A stretch of DNA of 64,000 bases from Amoebophrya sp. A120 (taxonomy: Eukaryota; Protista; Dinoflagellata): positions 744,001-808,000 of the forward strand of contig CAJINV010000020.1 of NCBI GenBank assembly GCA_905178155.1, written 5' to 3'. The translations under genes and the position numbers were made by a program. Below the pieces are notes generated by a model. That model had not been told where the DNA came from, ran no database searches, and was given only the letters and a program-made list of their open reading frames with translations. How positions within the stretch are numbered: position 1 is the stretch's first letter; the number at the start of each line of letters is the position of its first letter. Positions 48,201 through 60,273 of the stretch are shown here, piece after piece.

Positions 48201-51200
48201 GGGAATTGTGGCGCAACTGCACAGATCCATAAGGCGGCTCCCAGTCTGTGCGCCAACTAGTTCAAAGCCGGGCCTTGCGAGGGGCCAACTAGCTCAGTCC
48301 GAGGCTTCAGTGACCTAAACAATTTTTTTTGAAATTCGTTGAATTAACAGTGGTTTCCACCACTCGGTGCCAGGCATGAACACCGGCAACTCTGTTACTA
48401 ATGTCCACAACAGGCAGCAATCGGCGCACCAGCACCAGGATATTCCTGCAGGATCTAATTCTAATGACCAACTACTACCCTGGTCCACTACTACTGCAAC
48501 GTCGACGTCGTGGTCGTCGTCGCGTCGGCCCGGAACGAATTCGGTTAGCGGCCCGTCCCCGCCCCTCCAGCAAATCACCAGCACCGTTGTCAGTTCCGTT
48601 CCAGGCAAAAAAGGCGCGGCTGGCGTCGGAACTGCGGGCGGTAATGGCGCGATTGGGAAGGGGACAGCCGGAGGTACAACAACTACAGGGAATAGCGCTA
48701 CAAGTGCTGCCAAGAACGCGGGCACTTCTTCGAGAGCAGTTGTAGGGTCGGGAACTTCTTCGACTTCCATTCGGCTTCCGCCCGGGCTCGTGGAACAGAA
48801 CAATATCAACAGCCGAACCCCATCTGGGGGAAAAAATGCAGCGGCGCATCTGCTTCATACTGCATCAGGCGGCGGGAATAGTTGTGCCTCGGACCACGGA
48901 GCAAGAAACAACAACACAACCTCAAAAAAGAACTACAACACGCGTCCTGGTGCTGGTAAAGGGACCGCGACGGCAGGTGGTTCCAAAAATTGCATCGGAT
49001 CGCCTGGACTTCTCGGAAATACCAGCGCGGCTGCCGTTTCCACCTCGGGAACAGCCCATCGAGCCAACGCGGCCTTGATACACCAACACCAGGTACAGGT
49101 AATTTGTGTGTGTCGTGCTCATCAAACACGACCCGTAACTGCAGCAATTATCCGGGTAGAAAAAAATTGGCATGATGTGCATGTTTAAATATTTTTCACA
49201 GGTAGCGCTCGCCTCGCAATCGCGTCCTCCCTCGGCGCAGAGTGGCGCCCCCGCAGCTCTGACTTCCGGCGAGATCGTGGCTGCCCAGCGCTACTGGGCG
49301 AACCACGATGTTGCAACGGTGGCGCAGCTGCAGCCGGACCAGCTGCAGGCAGCTATGTTGCAGAAAAATTTGCAGTTGCACGTCGGAAGTGGTGCCAGTT
49401 CCTCCCGGAAGCTAATTGGAGTTACCAGTGCCGCTAAAGCGGCGCTGCAAGCTGGCCACACTTCTTTGTCCTCAAGCGGGGGATTTCATCCAGCAGTACT
49501 GCGTGGGAGCTGCACGACAGCATATGATGGACAACTGCCGTTATTTGGTGGAGCACGCCACCTAAGCGCTTCGGCCTCGCAAACAAATCTACTCGGTACC
49601 AGAGTTGTACTAGGAAATAACGGAGCTAGTGGTACTACCTCCGGGACGCTCTCTACGTCCACCACGGGAGCCGCGCATCTACAACCAGCTGCTTCCTCAC
49701 GGGCACTTCTAAACCCCAGCGGGTCTTCTTCCTTGTTCAAAAAAGTTCCGAGCCCATCAACACACAAATCCGCGGGAGACACCTTGCTGATGACGGAGCG
49801 GGGGAAGTTGGATCCGGACTGCAGTGCGTGGCTGATTCGGCACGGCGTGCGCGAGGGCTTGATGGGCGCCATTATTCAGCCGCAGCTCTTCAAAAACTGT
49901 GCGCTTGAGGGGCTCAAGGCCCGGGCGGAGTGGAATGCAAAGCTCGCGGCAGCGGGGGCCGGGAACAGGAAAGGAGCTGCGAACACCAAGTCCGCTTCCG
50001 CGGCAATAGACATGGCGAACGCTACCGCATCGTCGCAGTTCAATGGAGGTTCGTTTTCCGGCTATGGCATGGGCATGGCACAGACGTCGAACAGACCTGC
50101 GGCTCATCAACAAGACGTGCACGGTGTTTACACTGCCGACCAATATGTTGACGACCAGAACAACTTCGCTCCAACAGATCATAACAGCATCAACGCGCAC
50201 CAGCTAAAGAACAACGAGAGCGAATACCTGAAACAGATGTGGCGGTTCTATGGCGCAGGTTCACCAGAAAATTTGAAGAGAAGCAAACCAAAAACCTCGA
50301 GTGGAGGGGCGTCGAAGACCAAAAACAAGGGCACCTCGTCGACAACATTGCCTTCCTCATATTCCAGTAGTCTAAATCAGGATTATCCGTCTGGTAGCGA
50401 CGACTCAATCAAAAATCCAGTAGTTGTTCCATCTGGAGGGAAGAAAGCTACGCGCCTGCCGCCCGGGCTGGAGCTCGAGGTTCATGTGGGAGGAGTAGAT
50501 ACATGCGCATCTCAAGAAGCGACGGGTAGTTCTTCGAAAAATCATTCTGCAATTATGCCGACTGGTGGACTACAGGTACAGGATACATACGAAACAGAAA
50601 CCTACCCGCCCACGACCCACGACGAAGCTACAGGAGCTACTAGATTGTCGCGGAGCAGCATCGTTTCTTCCTCTACATCCTTGCACATCGCGGACCATTC
50701 CTCCTCCACAGCATGCTCGCCCGCGGAGAATCAGAAGTTTGACTCCAATAAGTCTTGCACATCGTCTGCGACGTGCACTAGCAATACACCGGTGGCGGGG
50801 ACCAGCACGACTCCGTCGGTTACCATGGGCGCCGGGGGCGTCGCAGCCAGGCTGATGCAGCCGCAGAACAGGACTTCGTCTTCTTCTCTCGGAGGTGCTG
50901 CTGTTCCTAATCCTTGGGCAACATTATCTTCTGCTGGAAGCAGCGAGAGTAGCTGCGCAGCGACGTCGCTGACTTCTGTGGGAGGTGGTGTGATAAAAGA
51001 CGGTGCGCCAGCTGCTCCTCCTACGCCCGTAGTACAACAACAACCTGCTCCAGCACATCAGCAGCGGTCGATCTATGATTACTTCTCCTTCGATCTTTCG
51101 CGCCAGAATTGTCTCGAAGAGCATGCTCCGTCCAGTTTCCACTCCAGTTCTTCCGAAACCGAACACAGCAGCGTGGTGCCTCCGGCGGGGGACCATCTAC

Positions 51201-54200
51201 AACTTCAACGTAGTTGTGGCCAACCCCAACCAGCATACGTCTCGGCGAGGTCCAGTTTACGCACGCAATGCAACGAACAGCAGACCACGTCGATGAACAC
51301 TTCTGTAGGTGATCTTGCAGCAGGAGCTCCTGCGGAGGAAGGTCACACAGCTACAGCTGCGAGGACTACAGCTACGGCCGAGTTCACTTCTGCGCGTGAC
51401 CCCACGGCAGGTTCTTTGGCAGTAGAAGGTGGGCGCGACACGCCGCAGCAGGAGCTCCTTGGCGCCGGCGCGATGAAAAATAGCTTGTTCCCAAATATGG
51501 TTTTTGCTAGTTCTTGTAAGACGAAGACCAAAGGCCCTCCGCCCGGTTTGTCGCTGACTACGGCATCTGACGAAGATCCTGCTGCGGTTGAAGCGGTAGA
51601 TCCAGTGGCAGAAGAGCAGGAGCTGCGCCATGATCTTCATCACGATACTAGTACCGTGGCGACTCGAAAAATCACAGCAGGAGCATCAACCGAGGAGGAT
51701 GCTGACCACGTTACGCCCGTTCGCAAATGGAGTAAGTTGTCCGCCGCAGCGCCGGAATTTGTGCCGGCTTCCTCCAGCTCCCGGCATTCGAAAGCGTCCA
51801 TACCGGAGCTCGACCGCTTTCGAGCTTCCTTCGGCGACAGCACAGGAAAAGAACACATTTTGCTCGAACATCAAACGCAGAGCCTCAACAATGTTGGGGG
51901 TTCTAGCAGTACAACGTCTTGTGCGACGTCGGCGCCGCCAGAGGCGGCTCTTGCGGGCACCGCCGGAGCAGGAGGTAAGTCGAGTTGTACTATGACGAAT
52001 ACTGCTGGCCTGACGTTCAATAACATCCAAAATGCGCAACACAGTGCCGAGCTCGCGGAGCGGATCAAAATCGCCATTGGCAGTAAGGCCCCGCAGGACG
52101 CCCACATCCTCGCAGAAACTTTCATTCGCGACGACGAGGACGGTAGGCTGCTGCGGGCGTTCCTGCACGAAGAAGTGCGGTCTTACTACAAAAAGGAACT
52201 AGTAGTAGAGACATCAAATCAAAATCATGTTGACCTTGACCCCACTTCGACGAGTGCGCAAATGACTGCAGCGAACCCGAAGAACCAGCAACAGTCTCTC
52301 CTGCAAAAAATGCTGCAAACTAACTCTAGCGCTGGAACATCAAGAACGTCGACCACGGCGACACCTGATTCCGAAGGACCGATTTTGCCCGTCCCCGATT
52401 CGGTTTTCAATGCCTTGGTGAAGAAAATCGCACCGCAACGTCCCTCGTGTCTGTTCGACCGGTTGTTTCCGCACGTTCTCTTGGAAATCTTGGACCTCCG
52501 GGAGGGCTGCTTTGCCGTGAAAATGACGAAGCGGCAGAAGAAGATCCTCTCCGAAGTGAAGGCCACGAATCGCGTTCCCTCGCTAAACACGCGACTGATT
52601 TCCGTCGTGGGGGTCGACCGCGTCGGCAGCTGCGTGCGCGGCACCGACATCTCCACGTCCGATGTGGACTTCCGGATCCGCTACGAAGTCAACCCCTCGC
52701 ACCTACCAAATCAGAACTGGTACGTACAACCTGGGAGCACGCCGCACCTGCAGTTGCTAGAACGGATCCGGAAGATGCTTGATAAGGTACGACATATTTT
52801 TTTTGTTAGTTCGGCGGTTATGAAAAAGAAGTTTCGGTTTATTTGTTGTCGGCAGCCACGAATCGGAATCTAAATCAGCAACATCAAAAGCCTAGTACCC
52901 CTCAACGCCTAAGTGCCAACAATTTTGAACCCAGGCTCTGAAGCATACCACGTTGGACAGCGTGTGCAATTTGGTGTGGAAATCCGACGCCTGCCTGCAA
53001 GTGAGCTTTCCGAAAGTACACATGCACACGGAGGCCACCGTGCAGCAGCGGATTGCGCAGCCCAGCCGAAGCAAGCATTTGGTCTATGATGTGTGGTTTG
53101 TACCTACCAACCTCCCACCGGAGCCGGACCCAGCGGCACCCGGCACCGCGGAGGGTGTGGGAGCTGCAGAGGACCACCAGGCCGCGTCAATCGGTGCCTC
53201 CGCGAAGGCGAAACCTGCTGCCAAGCGCAAACAGAAGAAAACCGGAAAAGCCGCCGCCGAGGCACAGGTGGCCCGCGCGGACCGGGTTGGTGGAGACAAT
53301 AACACCAGCCTTGGCATGCAGGTGCTCGCCACTTTGCAGGCCCAGCCCGCCGCGGCGCTGCTGGACCCCTACCAACAAGTGGCTGCTGCTGCGGCCAGTT
53401 ACTACGGCGGCGGGCATTTCCCCACCCTGATTGGAAAACCGGCCAGGGGATTCGACAATTGCATGGACGAATACAACCATCGTCCCGACGAATCTCCGCT
53501 CCCGACCGTGCAAGGCCTTGAGTTGCTGGAGCAGGGGCTGACCAGCTTTTTCCTGCACAAGGAGCCCTACCGCCACGTGGTCCGTCTGATCAAGTGGCAA
53601 TTTCAGGAATTTCTCGCGGCGCGAGCGCCCGTGACGAGTTGTGGGGAAATAAATCAAAATGGAGGGCCGCGACACACGAGGGGAACCAGAACTACTGGTG
53701 GGCCAGCGACTTCGGAAGTGGATGTGGAGAATCAGCAATCTGACCAAGACTGCCGGAGCCGTCGCGGGCTCCCGGGATTGTATGTCGAATGCGCGGTCTA
53801 CAGTGTAGTCATGATGCTCGGCGAGCAGGATTGGCTGAAGCACAACCAAGAAGTTCTGGAACATGCAAAGAAAGCGGACTCGGAGTCTTACGCAGCTGCA
53901 AATAGGACGACACCAGTGAACAAGCTGAATGGAAAGGATCAAGGCAGCAAAAAGACCGCGAACAACAGCTCTACTTCCAGCGAAAATTATTCGAGAGGTT
54001 CGCCCGAGAGGGCCGCCGCGGCCCCAAAGCAGGAAGAGCCAAGAACGTCCCTGGTTTTGGTCGAACGTGCGCCGATTTTTGCGCAATCGTACGAGGACGT
54101 TGCGTATCAAATGCAAAAATGTCTGGGTCTGGAAGAGTGTAGACTTGTCATGCAGATTTTCCATGAAGCGCGAGGTCTGGAATGCGGGACCTAGCATGAC

Positions 54201-57200
54201 AGACTCTGCGAGGTCTCTGCCATGCCTATTCTGCATGAGAAACTCCGTTCCAACTTGGTCAAAAGTGGAGCTTTTGGCACTCATGCAACACAGATTTTTG
54301 CATGCTTCAGATTTACCATGACAAGCTGCAATCTTCCAGACCCAGACACTTTTGCAATTCATATTGCGTGGGCCCCGCGGGGACCGTTGCCGAAACTGGG
54401 GGAACTGAATTTTTATCAAGATAGTTTGCTGAAGACCAAGGAAGACCAAAACCGCAGCTACGAGGTCTTATTCGAAAAGTTCGTCGCGAAAGAAGTTGGG
54501 CTAGGCACGACGATGTTGCCTTTTCCAGGAGAACAGCAGCTGCAGCCGCACAGATCGTCCGACAACGGTGGCACAACTAGAACAACCCCGATGCAAACTA
54601 CGGACACTAGGAACGATCGAAAAGAGAAAGGCCCTGCTGGTGCCTCATCAAACAAGAATCTTCATGATGACCAGCGCGGTAATGATATTAGCCATCTGAA
54701 GACGCTGCAAATAAATAACTTCACCACCGACCACCAAAAACCCGGCACGAGCGGTTGCCTTCCTCCCGCCCACCCCCCACCGCCACCTCCTAATGCAGGC
54801 AACTACAACGTGAACGTGGTGGACGTGGACCAGAGCAGCTCCACCTCTTGCCCGAATCGCGGTCCGCCGCAAAGACCCGCACCCATTATGAAGCTCTCAC
54901 CCGAACGGCAAAAACTGCACCAGAATGTCGCAGGAGACTGGATCGGAACCGTTCCCGACCGGGAAGTCAAGCCAGAAACGAGACTAGCGCAAACTACTTC
55001 AGTACAATCACAGCTGCAGACCGGCGCAATTCATCCTGGGGGAGGACCAGGACCAACCGCTGGAGAACAACAAGTTGACAACTCACACTCAGCGGCACGA
55101 CCTCACAGCAACAGCACAACTCAAGTTGTGAAAAAACGACAGAAAATCAAGATAATTGATCCTCCCTCCGCCTTTCGTGTGTACTTGCTGACTTTGTTGT
55201 ATGGGAGTGTCGGGATTGAAATCGACAAAGTTGAAATAATTTGCAATGCATAAAATGGATGAAAATTGTGACCCAGTTTCCAAGTGGCGCATGACAAATT
55301 CGGGTAGAGCCGAAATCCAGTCTGTCATGCTGTTTGGGTAAGGAAGACGCCTTTTGTCATGCTACTTTAGTAGCTCAGTTCCTCCCCCTTAATAACAGGC
55401 TTGCAATCTGCCTCACTTGCCTACTCTGCAAGACAGGCACTTTGTGGGCTGCATTTTATGCATGACAAACTACTTATTTCAACTCTGACAATTTCAATCC
55501 TTACACTCCCATATGTTGCTGATCGGCGGCGGGATGCACGTCGAGGAGGACTTTGTTGAGGACAGCGGGGAGTCGAGGTACACATTTGAAGCGAAAAGTA
55601 CACCACTTGGGAGTTTGCTCCTGGCGTTCATCGACATGCACGCTAGCTCTCCGGTCTGGAAACTCGCCAATGAAGAGGAAGGAATGTGGGCGGTATCCGT
55701 ATCTATGACGCGCAGTTTTTTGCTTTTTTTCTCGTAGTTTCCCTTTTGATTACTTAGTTCCACGCGATCAACTTTTTTTGGCGCAGTGTCAGCACGACCC
55801 TACGCTTACATCTTTACGTTTCTCGTTCTCGTCCTCTAGGTTGTAACCACGAACATTAAAAAATCAGGTAAGCTATGAAGTTGCGCAGATGCTCCGCGAC
55901 GTGACTCGCAACCTGCACGAGTTCACGGGCTACAACACGGACCACCCGCCGCAGACCATTCGCCAGCGGCTGGGGGACCTGGCCCGGAGTCCGAGTCTGG
56001 AGTGTTGGCGCACGGAGATTTGCGGGCCGCTGCTGTCCCAGCTTTCCACAGACGAGTCGCTGCGGCTGCTGTACCAGCAGTTCGGCGTTTTGTCCCCCGA
56101 CGCGGTAGTCCAAATCGAGGACGAGGTTCGGTCGCTGTTCCGCACGGTGTTGGACTTCTTCTACGACAAAAACTGCCTCGTGCGGATCTTCGGATCGGTG
56201 GAAAACGCGACCGCAACACGGGGGTCGGACGTGGACTGCGGGTTTGTGCTGTCCAAGGAAATGTACCAGAAGTACCTGCATCGGGTGCAGGTGGAACGAA
56301 AAAACGCATTGGCTTCCGGGGACTCGTCACTGCTTTCTGAATGTACTATTACGTGCACATTACGGATTTTTATGCGACTGTTCATTTTTGTTGTGGCATA
56401 TTGAAGATTTTTGTATAAAAACGACATGATACGTTTGTACACGGTCTGTTATGGATGCTTTTACTACTTTTATCCTTCTTTTTATTTTAAAAACAAAATC
56501 CTATCAGCCGGCCTGGCCCGCCTGGTAAAGTGCGAAGCGTTGCAGGACCTGCAAAAGTTCATGCAGAAGTTGGACAGCGACGGCAAGATGCTGGATCTGG
56601 AACTCGTGCTGCAAGCCCGCGTCCCGATTGTGAAGTGCCAGATCCACGAGAGCATCCGGAAAACGCTCCCCTGCATGCTCGCGCACGGGATCAGCGGCTT
56701 TGACATCTCCGTTCTGGTAGAAAACGAGTTTTTCGTCCTGCAGAACTCCGCTCTGGTCCGTTCGGTTCTGCTTGCGGACGAGCGGTACCGCATTTTGGCG
56801 GTATTAGTGAAAAAGTACGCCAAAGCGGCCCAGATCTGCTCCGCGTACGAGGGAACCTTGAGCAGCTACTCGTACGCATTACTGGTGTTGCACTTCCTGC
56901 ACTGTCGGGAAAAGCAGGAACAAGCGGATTGTAACTATTTGTTGTCAACATCTTGTTCCTCACCTTCGGAGCTGCAATTTGGCACCTGTAGTTCTTCGTC
57001 ATCTACGACACCGAGGAAAATCGCCTCGGTTATCGCTCCAGACCAGGATTTGTTCTACGCAGGAACAGGTGGAACTAATTTCCCCAGTCCCCCGGCGGCG
57101 CCCAATACAGATGCAGTTAGTACTGCTAGTTGTACAACCAGTCAGCAACAGCAAACTGTTGTGGAAAAGGCTCTACTGCGATTATCCGAGAACAGCATGT

Positions 57201-58738
57201 CTTACGAAACACTCGCGACGCTCCGCACTGGATCAGCGCCACCGAAGGTGCACGTGACCGATTTGTTGGACGACGAGGACGGCTTCCTCGCTGGTAAAAT
57301 GAAGCACAGCAACTACCAAAGCAACTCGGCGTCGAAATTGACAAACGCGAGTTCTTGCGGGGTACCAACAACCATCGTAGACGCTAGTATAGCTGGAAGT
57401 TGTACAACTGGCAACATCGATGATTATTGCCACGGATCCGACCCGTCTGTGTCGGCGAACTCTTCGCGAAATGGTTCGAAAGCGAGCGGGACCATGCAGA
57501 ATTCCCTGACCTGTTCCACCACAGCGACGAAAAGTTCCACGATGTCTAGTACTAACACTCTACCCTCGTGGTTGCAGGGGAACCTGAGTGCGGCGCGCTC
57601 CTTGGTGATCAACGATAATATTACCGGGGACGATGTTAATATAATCGGCGCAAACAGCAATAGTAGTTCGTCTACGGCGGGCATCTTCAACCACCTACAG
57701 CTACACCACGCTGCTTCCTCTCCAGTAGGAGCGGGAACGGGAGGACGAGAAATGTGTAGTAGAGCGGCTACAAAGCACACAAACGGGGACCACAATACCG
57801 GGCAAAACGAAGCAGGCGTCTGCGGTCCAAGTTCTCCAAACGAGAAGATGTTGCACCACCAGCTTCCAAAGCGGCCAAGTGCGAAAATCACGAATCTCGA
57901 GACGCTGAACAAATCCGTCACGGTGGAACAGTTGTTCACCGAGTTATGTTGAGAGTGCACAACTACAACCTCTCCGCCTCATTTGTGATGCAAAATCCCA
58001 AATCCAAATCGAGTTGTGTTGGGCCCTTGTGGCGCGGTTTGCATTTACACACTCCGGACGAGGCTTCCCAAGGAAGCAGTACTAGAATCTGCGCATGAAG
58101 AACAAGAACATGTCATGTTCAGGCTCCACAACTACATGTGCAGGTTTTTGTATTGCATTGCTGCTCATGCCAACATACAAATGAGGGGCACGAGGGGATG
58201 AAGTTTTGCACTGTCATACGAGTTTCTCGAGTACTACACGACCCTGGACTACAAAAACAAAGTGATCGGCGTGACCGGCATTCGGAACCGCCGTCCGGAG
58301 GACGGCACGCGGTTTCATTTTTTGATCGAAGACCCCTTTGAGCCGGCGATCCTGGAAAACCCCCGCGCGGGGAGACGGTTGCTCGGCATGATGGACGGCT
58401 CCACGTTTGAGCACACGGGGAACAATCGGGTTCCGGGCTACCCGCGCTTTCTCGACGCTTTGCTGCGGGCGAAAATGCACCTGCTCCACTGCGCCAAGGC
58501 GAAGGAGGCGAGGCGGGAAGCGGAACTGGGGCAGGCCCTGCGGGAAGAGGATAGTAAGGGCACGAAGAAATCATCATCATCCTCCGGAGGAATAACCGGA
58601 AGTGCGAACTTGTTTTCGGCTGAAGTATCAAACGGCGGCACGACGAACATGAACCACGGTAGTCCTACTTTTGTTGACCCAGCACAGTTCCAGTTATCTG
58701 CCATGGACGCTTCGGTGCTTACGATGTTTCACTTGTGA
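45290..58738 (+). CDS. Very large (~3,200-3,300 aa) Cid1/TUT/Trf4-family terminal nucleotidyltransferase with two NTase motifs and long disordered regions
   Basis: IFGSVENATATRGSDVDC, ARVPIVK, FDIS, VKKYAK, GTLSSYSYALLVLHFL, EFLEYYTTLDY, LIEDPFE; second motif VGSCVRGTDISTSDVDF at 52622. ORFs 45290, 48367, 49172, 52953, 54222, 55513, 55889, 56411 and 58262 are frame-compatible. The single-gene model is inferred. Confidence 0.8.
46238..47245. mobile_element. Putative long-TSD insert 1 (1008 bp), (G)TATCACAGG...TAAC, weak asymmetric IR
   Basis: Bounded by the 36-bp repeats; CATACGGAAAAAAAAAACTTTCC (~46278) loosely complements the right end CGAATTTTTTGTTTTTTCGAATA. Confidence 0.65.
47282..48348. 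mobile_element. Putative long-TSD insert 2 (1067 bp), TATAACAGG...TAAC, asymmetric 35-bp IR
   Basis: IR 47301-47335 pairs with 48312-48346 (about 3 mismatches); the left IR is 19 bp internal and the right IR is 2 bp from the end. Confidence 0.75.
54105..54363. mobile_element. TIR introner family B, 259 bp, TSD TTGCG
   Basis: TATCAAATGCAAAAATGTCTGGGTCTGGAAG...CTTCCAGACCCAGACACTTTTGCAATTCATA. Removing 264 nt gives YEDVA|WAPRG. Confidence 0.95.
55200..55513. mobile_element. TIR introner family A, 314 bp, TSD TGTTG
   Basis: TATGGGAGTGTCGGGATTGAAAT...ATTTCAATCCTTACACTCCCATA. Removing 319 nt gives LLTLL|LIGGG. Confidence 0.95.
57945..58218. mobile_element. TIR introner, 274 bp, TSD CGAGT
   Basis: TATGTTGAGAGTGCACAACT...AGTTTTGCACTGTCATA. 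Removing 279 nt restores the PAP-associated motif LFTEF|LEYY. Confidence 0.9.
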
Positions 58739-60273
58739 GAACAACCTCCGAAAGGGGGAGCTCGTAGCTGTGCTTCGCCGCTGCACATGTTGATCAAGAC
58801 ATCGTCGCATTGAATGCGAACAACAAGGACATTAAAAACTTGATGTCGGTTTTATTTCCTTGCACGAGGAAAAAGACCTGATCGGATAAAAATTTCAAGA
58901 TCAAAGCTATGAATGCTGTAAGAACGACCACGTGCGTAGAAACACAACTCGATAATTTTCGTCATTTGTATCTATCTGTAATGCTCGATAATTTTTCCTT
59001 CGAACGATGAACGCTGTATTCGTACGAAGAAAAACGTAGAGGAGGATGTAACCACTTGCTTTGGTCGTGGTGAACCTCCTTTTTGTTTTTCCAGATTTTG
59101 TAAGTCATCAGATCACGATAAACTTGAACTTCAATTTTTTTTTGTTCTCCCAGCGAGGACATTCAACTAAAGAATTTGAACGCGACGGAACCCGCCTCTA
59201 CTCATTTTCAACTATTACATGATTGATTTCTTTTCTTTTTCACTTCTCTTCCCGAACGACCAGCACTTTGTCTACTAGTACTTCGAGGTAGCTAGCACGG
59301 ATGAACTACTATTCTTGATAAGTACTGCTCATAAGAACTTACCCCGTTTTTATATCATCATTTCGTCCTGTTTTAGTTTTTCTTTTTCGTTTTCGGTCAA
59401 CAGATTGTCACTGGCCGTACCAGCGTCAACAGGTATCATGGTGTTATCTCCGATGAGGTTTCTTCAAGCTCTCATTCGATTTTGTCGTGTCTAGTAGGTC
59501 TACAAATTATTGTAGGCAGTATTGCTGCAGCAGAAGTCTCCGACTCTTTACAACGAGGAAAACCAAAAAAATCTAGAGCGACAGCAAAGAGCGCCGGAAT
59601 TCGTTCCACGAATCCGTTTCGAATCGCTCGCTGTGGTGTAGTTGCCTCAAGATGAAGTGCTGCTATTCTACATGCTGTCATAAAAAAACCCAGGAAATAA
59701 TTTTCAGCGACAAGAACACATACCGAGCAAAAAATCAAAAGACATGAAAAACAGCAGACATGGTATTGCACCAAACTCGTGATATCGACGTAATTCTTTG
59801 AATACAGTCGGAGCTGCATCCATGGAAAGAATGGATATGTTCTTCTTTTTCTTTTTTTCATTTCGCATGGTGCTTTTGATTCCACCCCTTCTGCTTTTCG
59901 AGCAATTTTGTTTTCGTTTTTTCGGAGAGATATTGATAAGAAACAAACCAGTTTTCGTGTGGGTGGAGGGAAGTGTTTTGAGTGAAGAGCAAGAATAAAT
60001 CGCACAAGGACTACAGCACGAGGGAGAGGACCGCGGCAAATTTGACTCGAAGTAGTCGAAAATGATAGCCCCGCCCACAAATTCTTGTAGGGCGCAAATC
60101 AAAATCCAGCCACACTGCAACCTTTTGATTGTTCGTCCGCGATTCCTTGTGTATGTGAATTTTATAGCTTTGATAACATCAAGATATCGCTTGTAGTTTT
60201 AGAATTGACACAGTTTATTTCTTTATTTGCTTCACCACCGCGAAGAAAATATGATCTCGAGAAATAAGTAGAA

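Larger units (their letters stand above)
46202..48384 (+). repeat. Three identical 36-bp direct repeats (46202-46237, 47246-47281, 48349-48384) separated by 1008- and 1067-bp inserts
   Basis: AGTGGTTTCCACCACTCGGTGCCAGGCATGAACACC three times; reads SGFHHSVPGMNT in frame with both flanking ORFs. Confidence 0.97.

Noticed and set aside
46202-48384. CRISPR array (36-bp repeats)
   Set aside because: Spacers are ~1 kb, the repeat is in-frame host coding sequence, the genome is eukaryotic and there are no cas genes. Kept only as a mechanistic analogy.
53187-54449. 420-aa minus-strand ORF and other long antisense ORFs
   Set aside because: Shadow frames of GC-rich coding sequence; this one runs through an introner.
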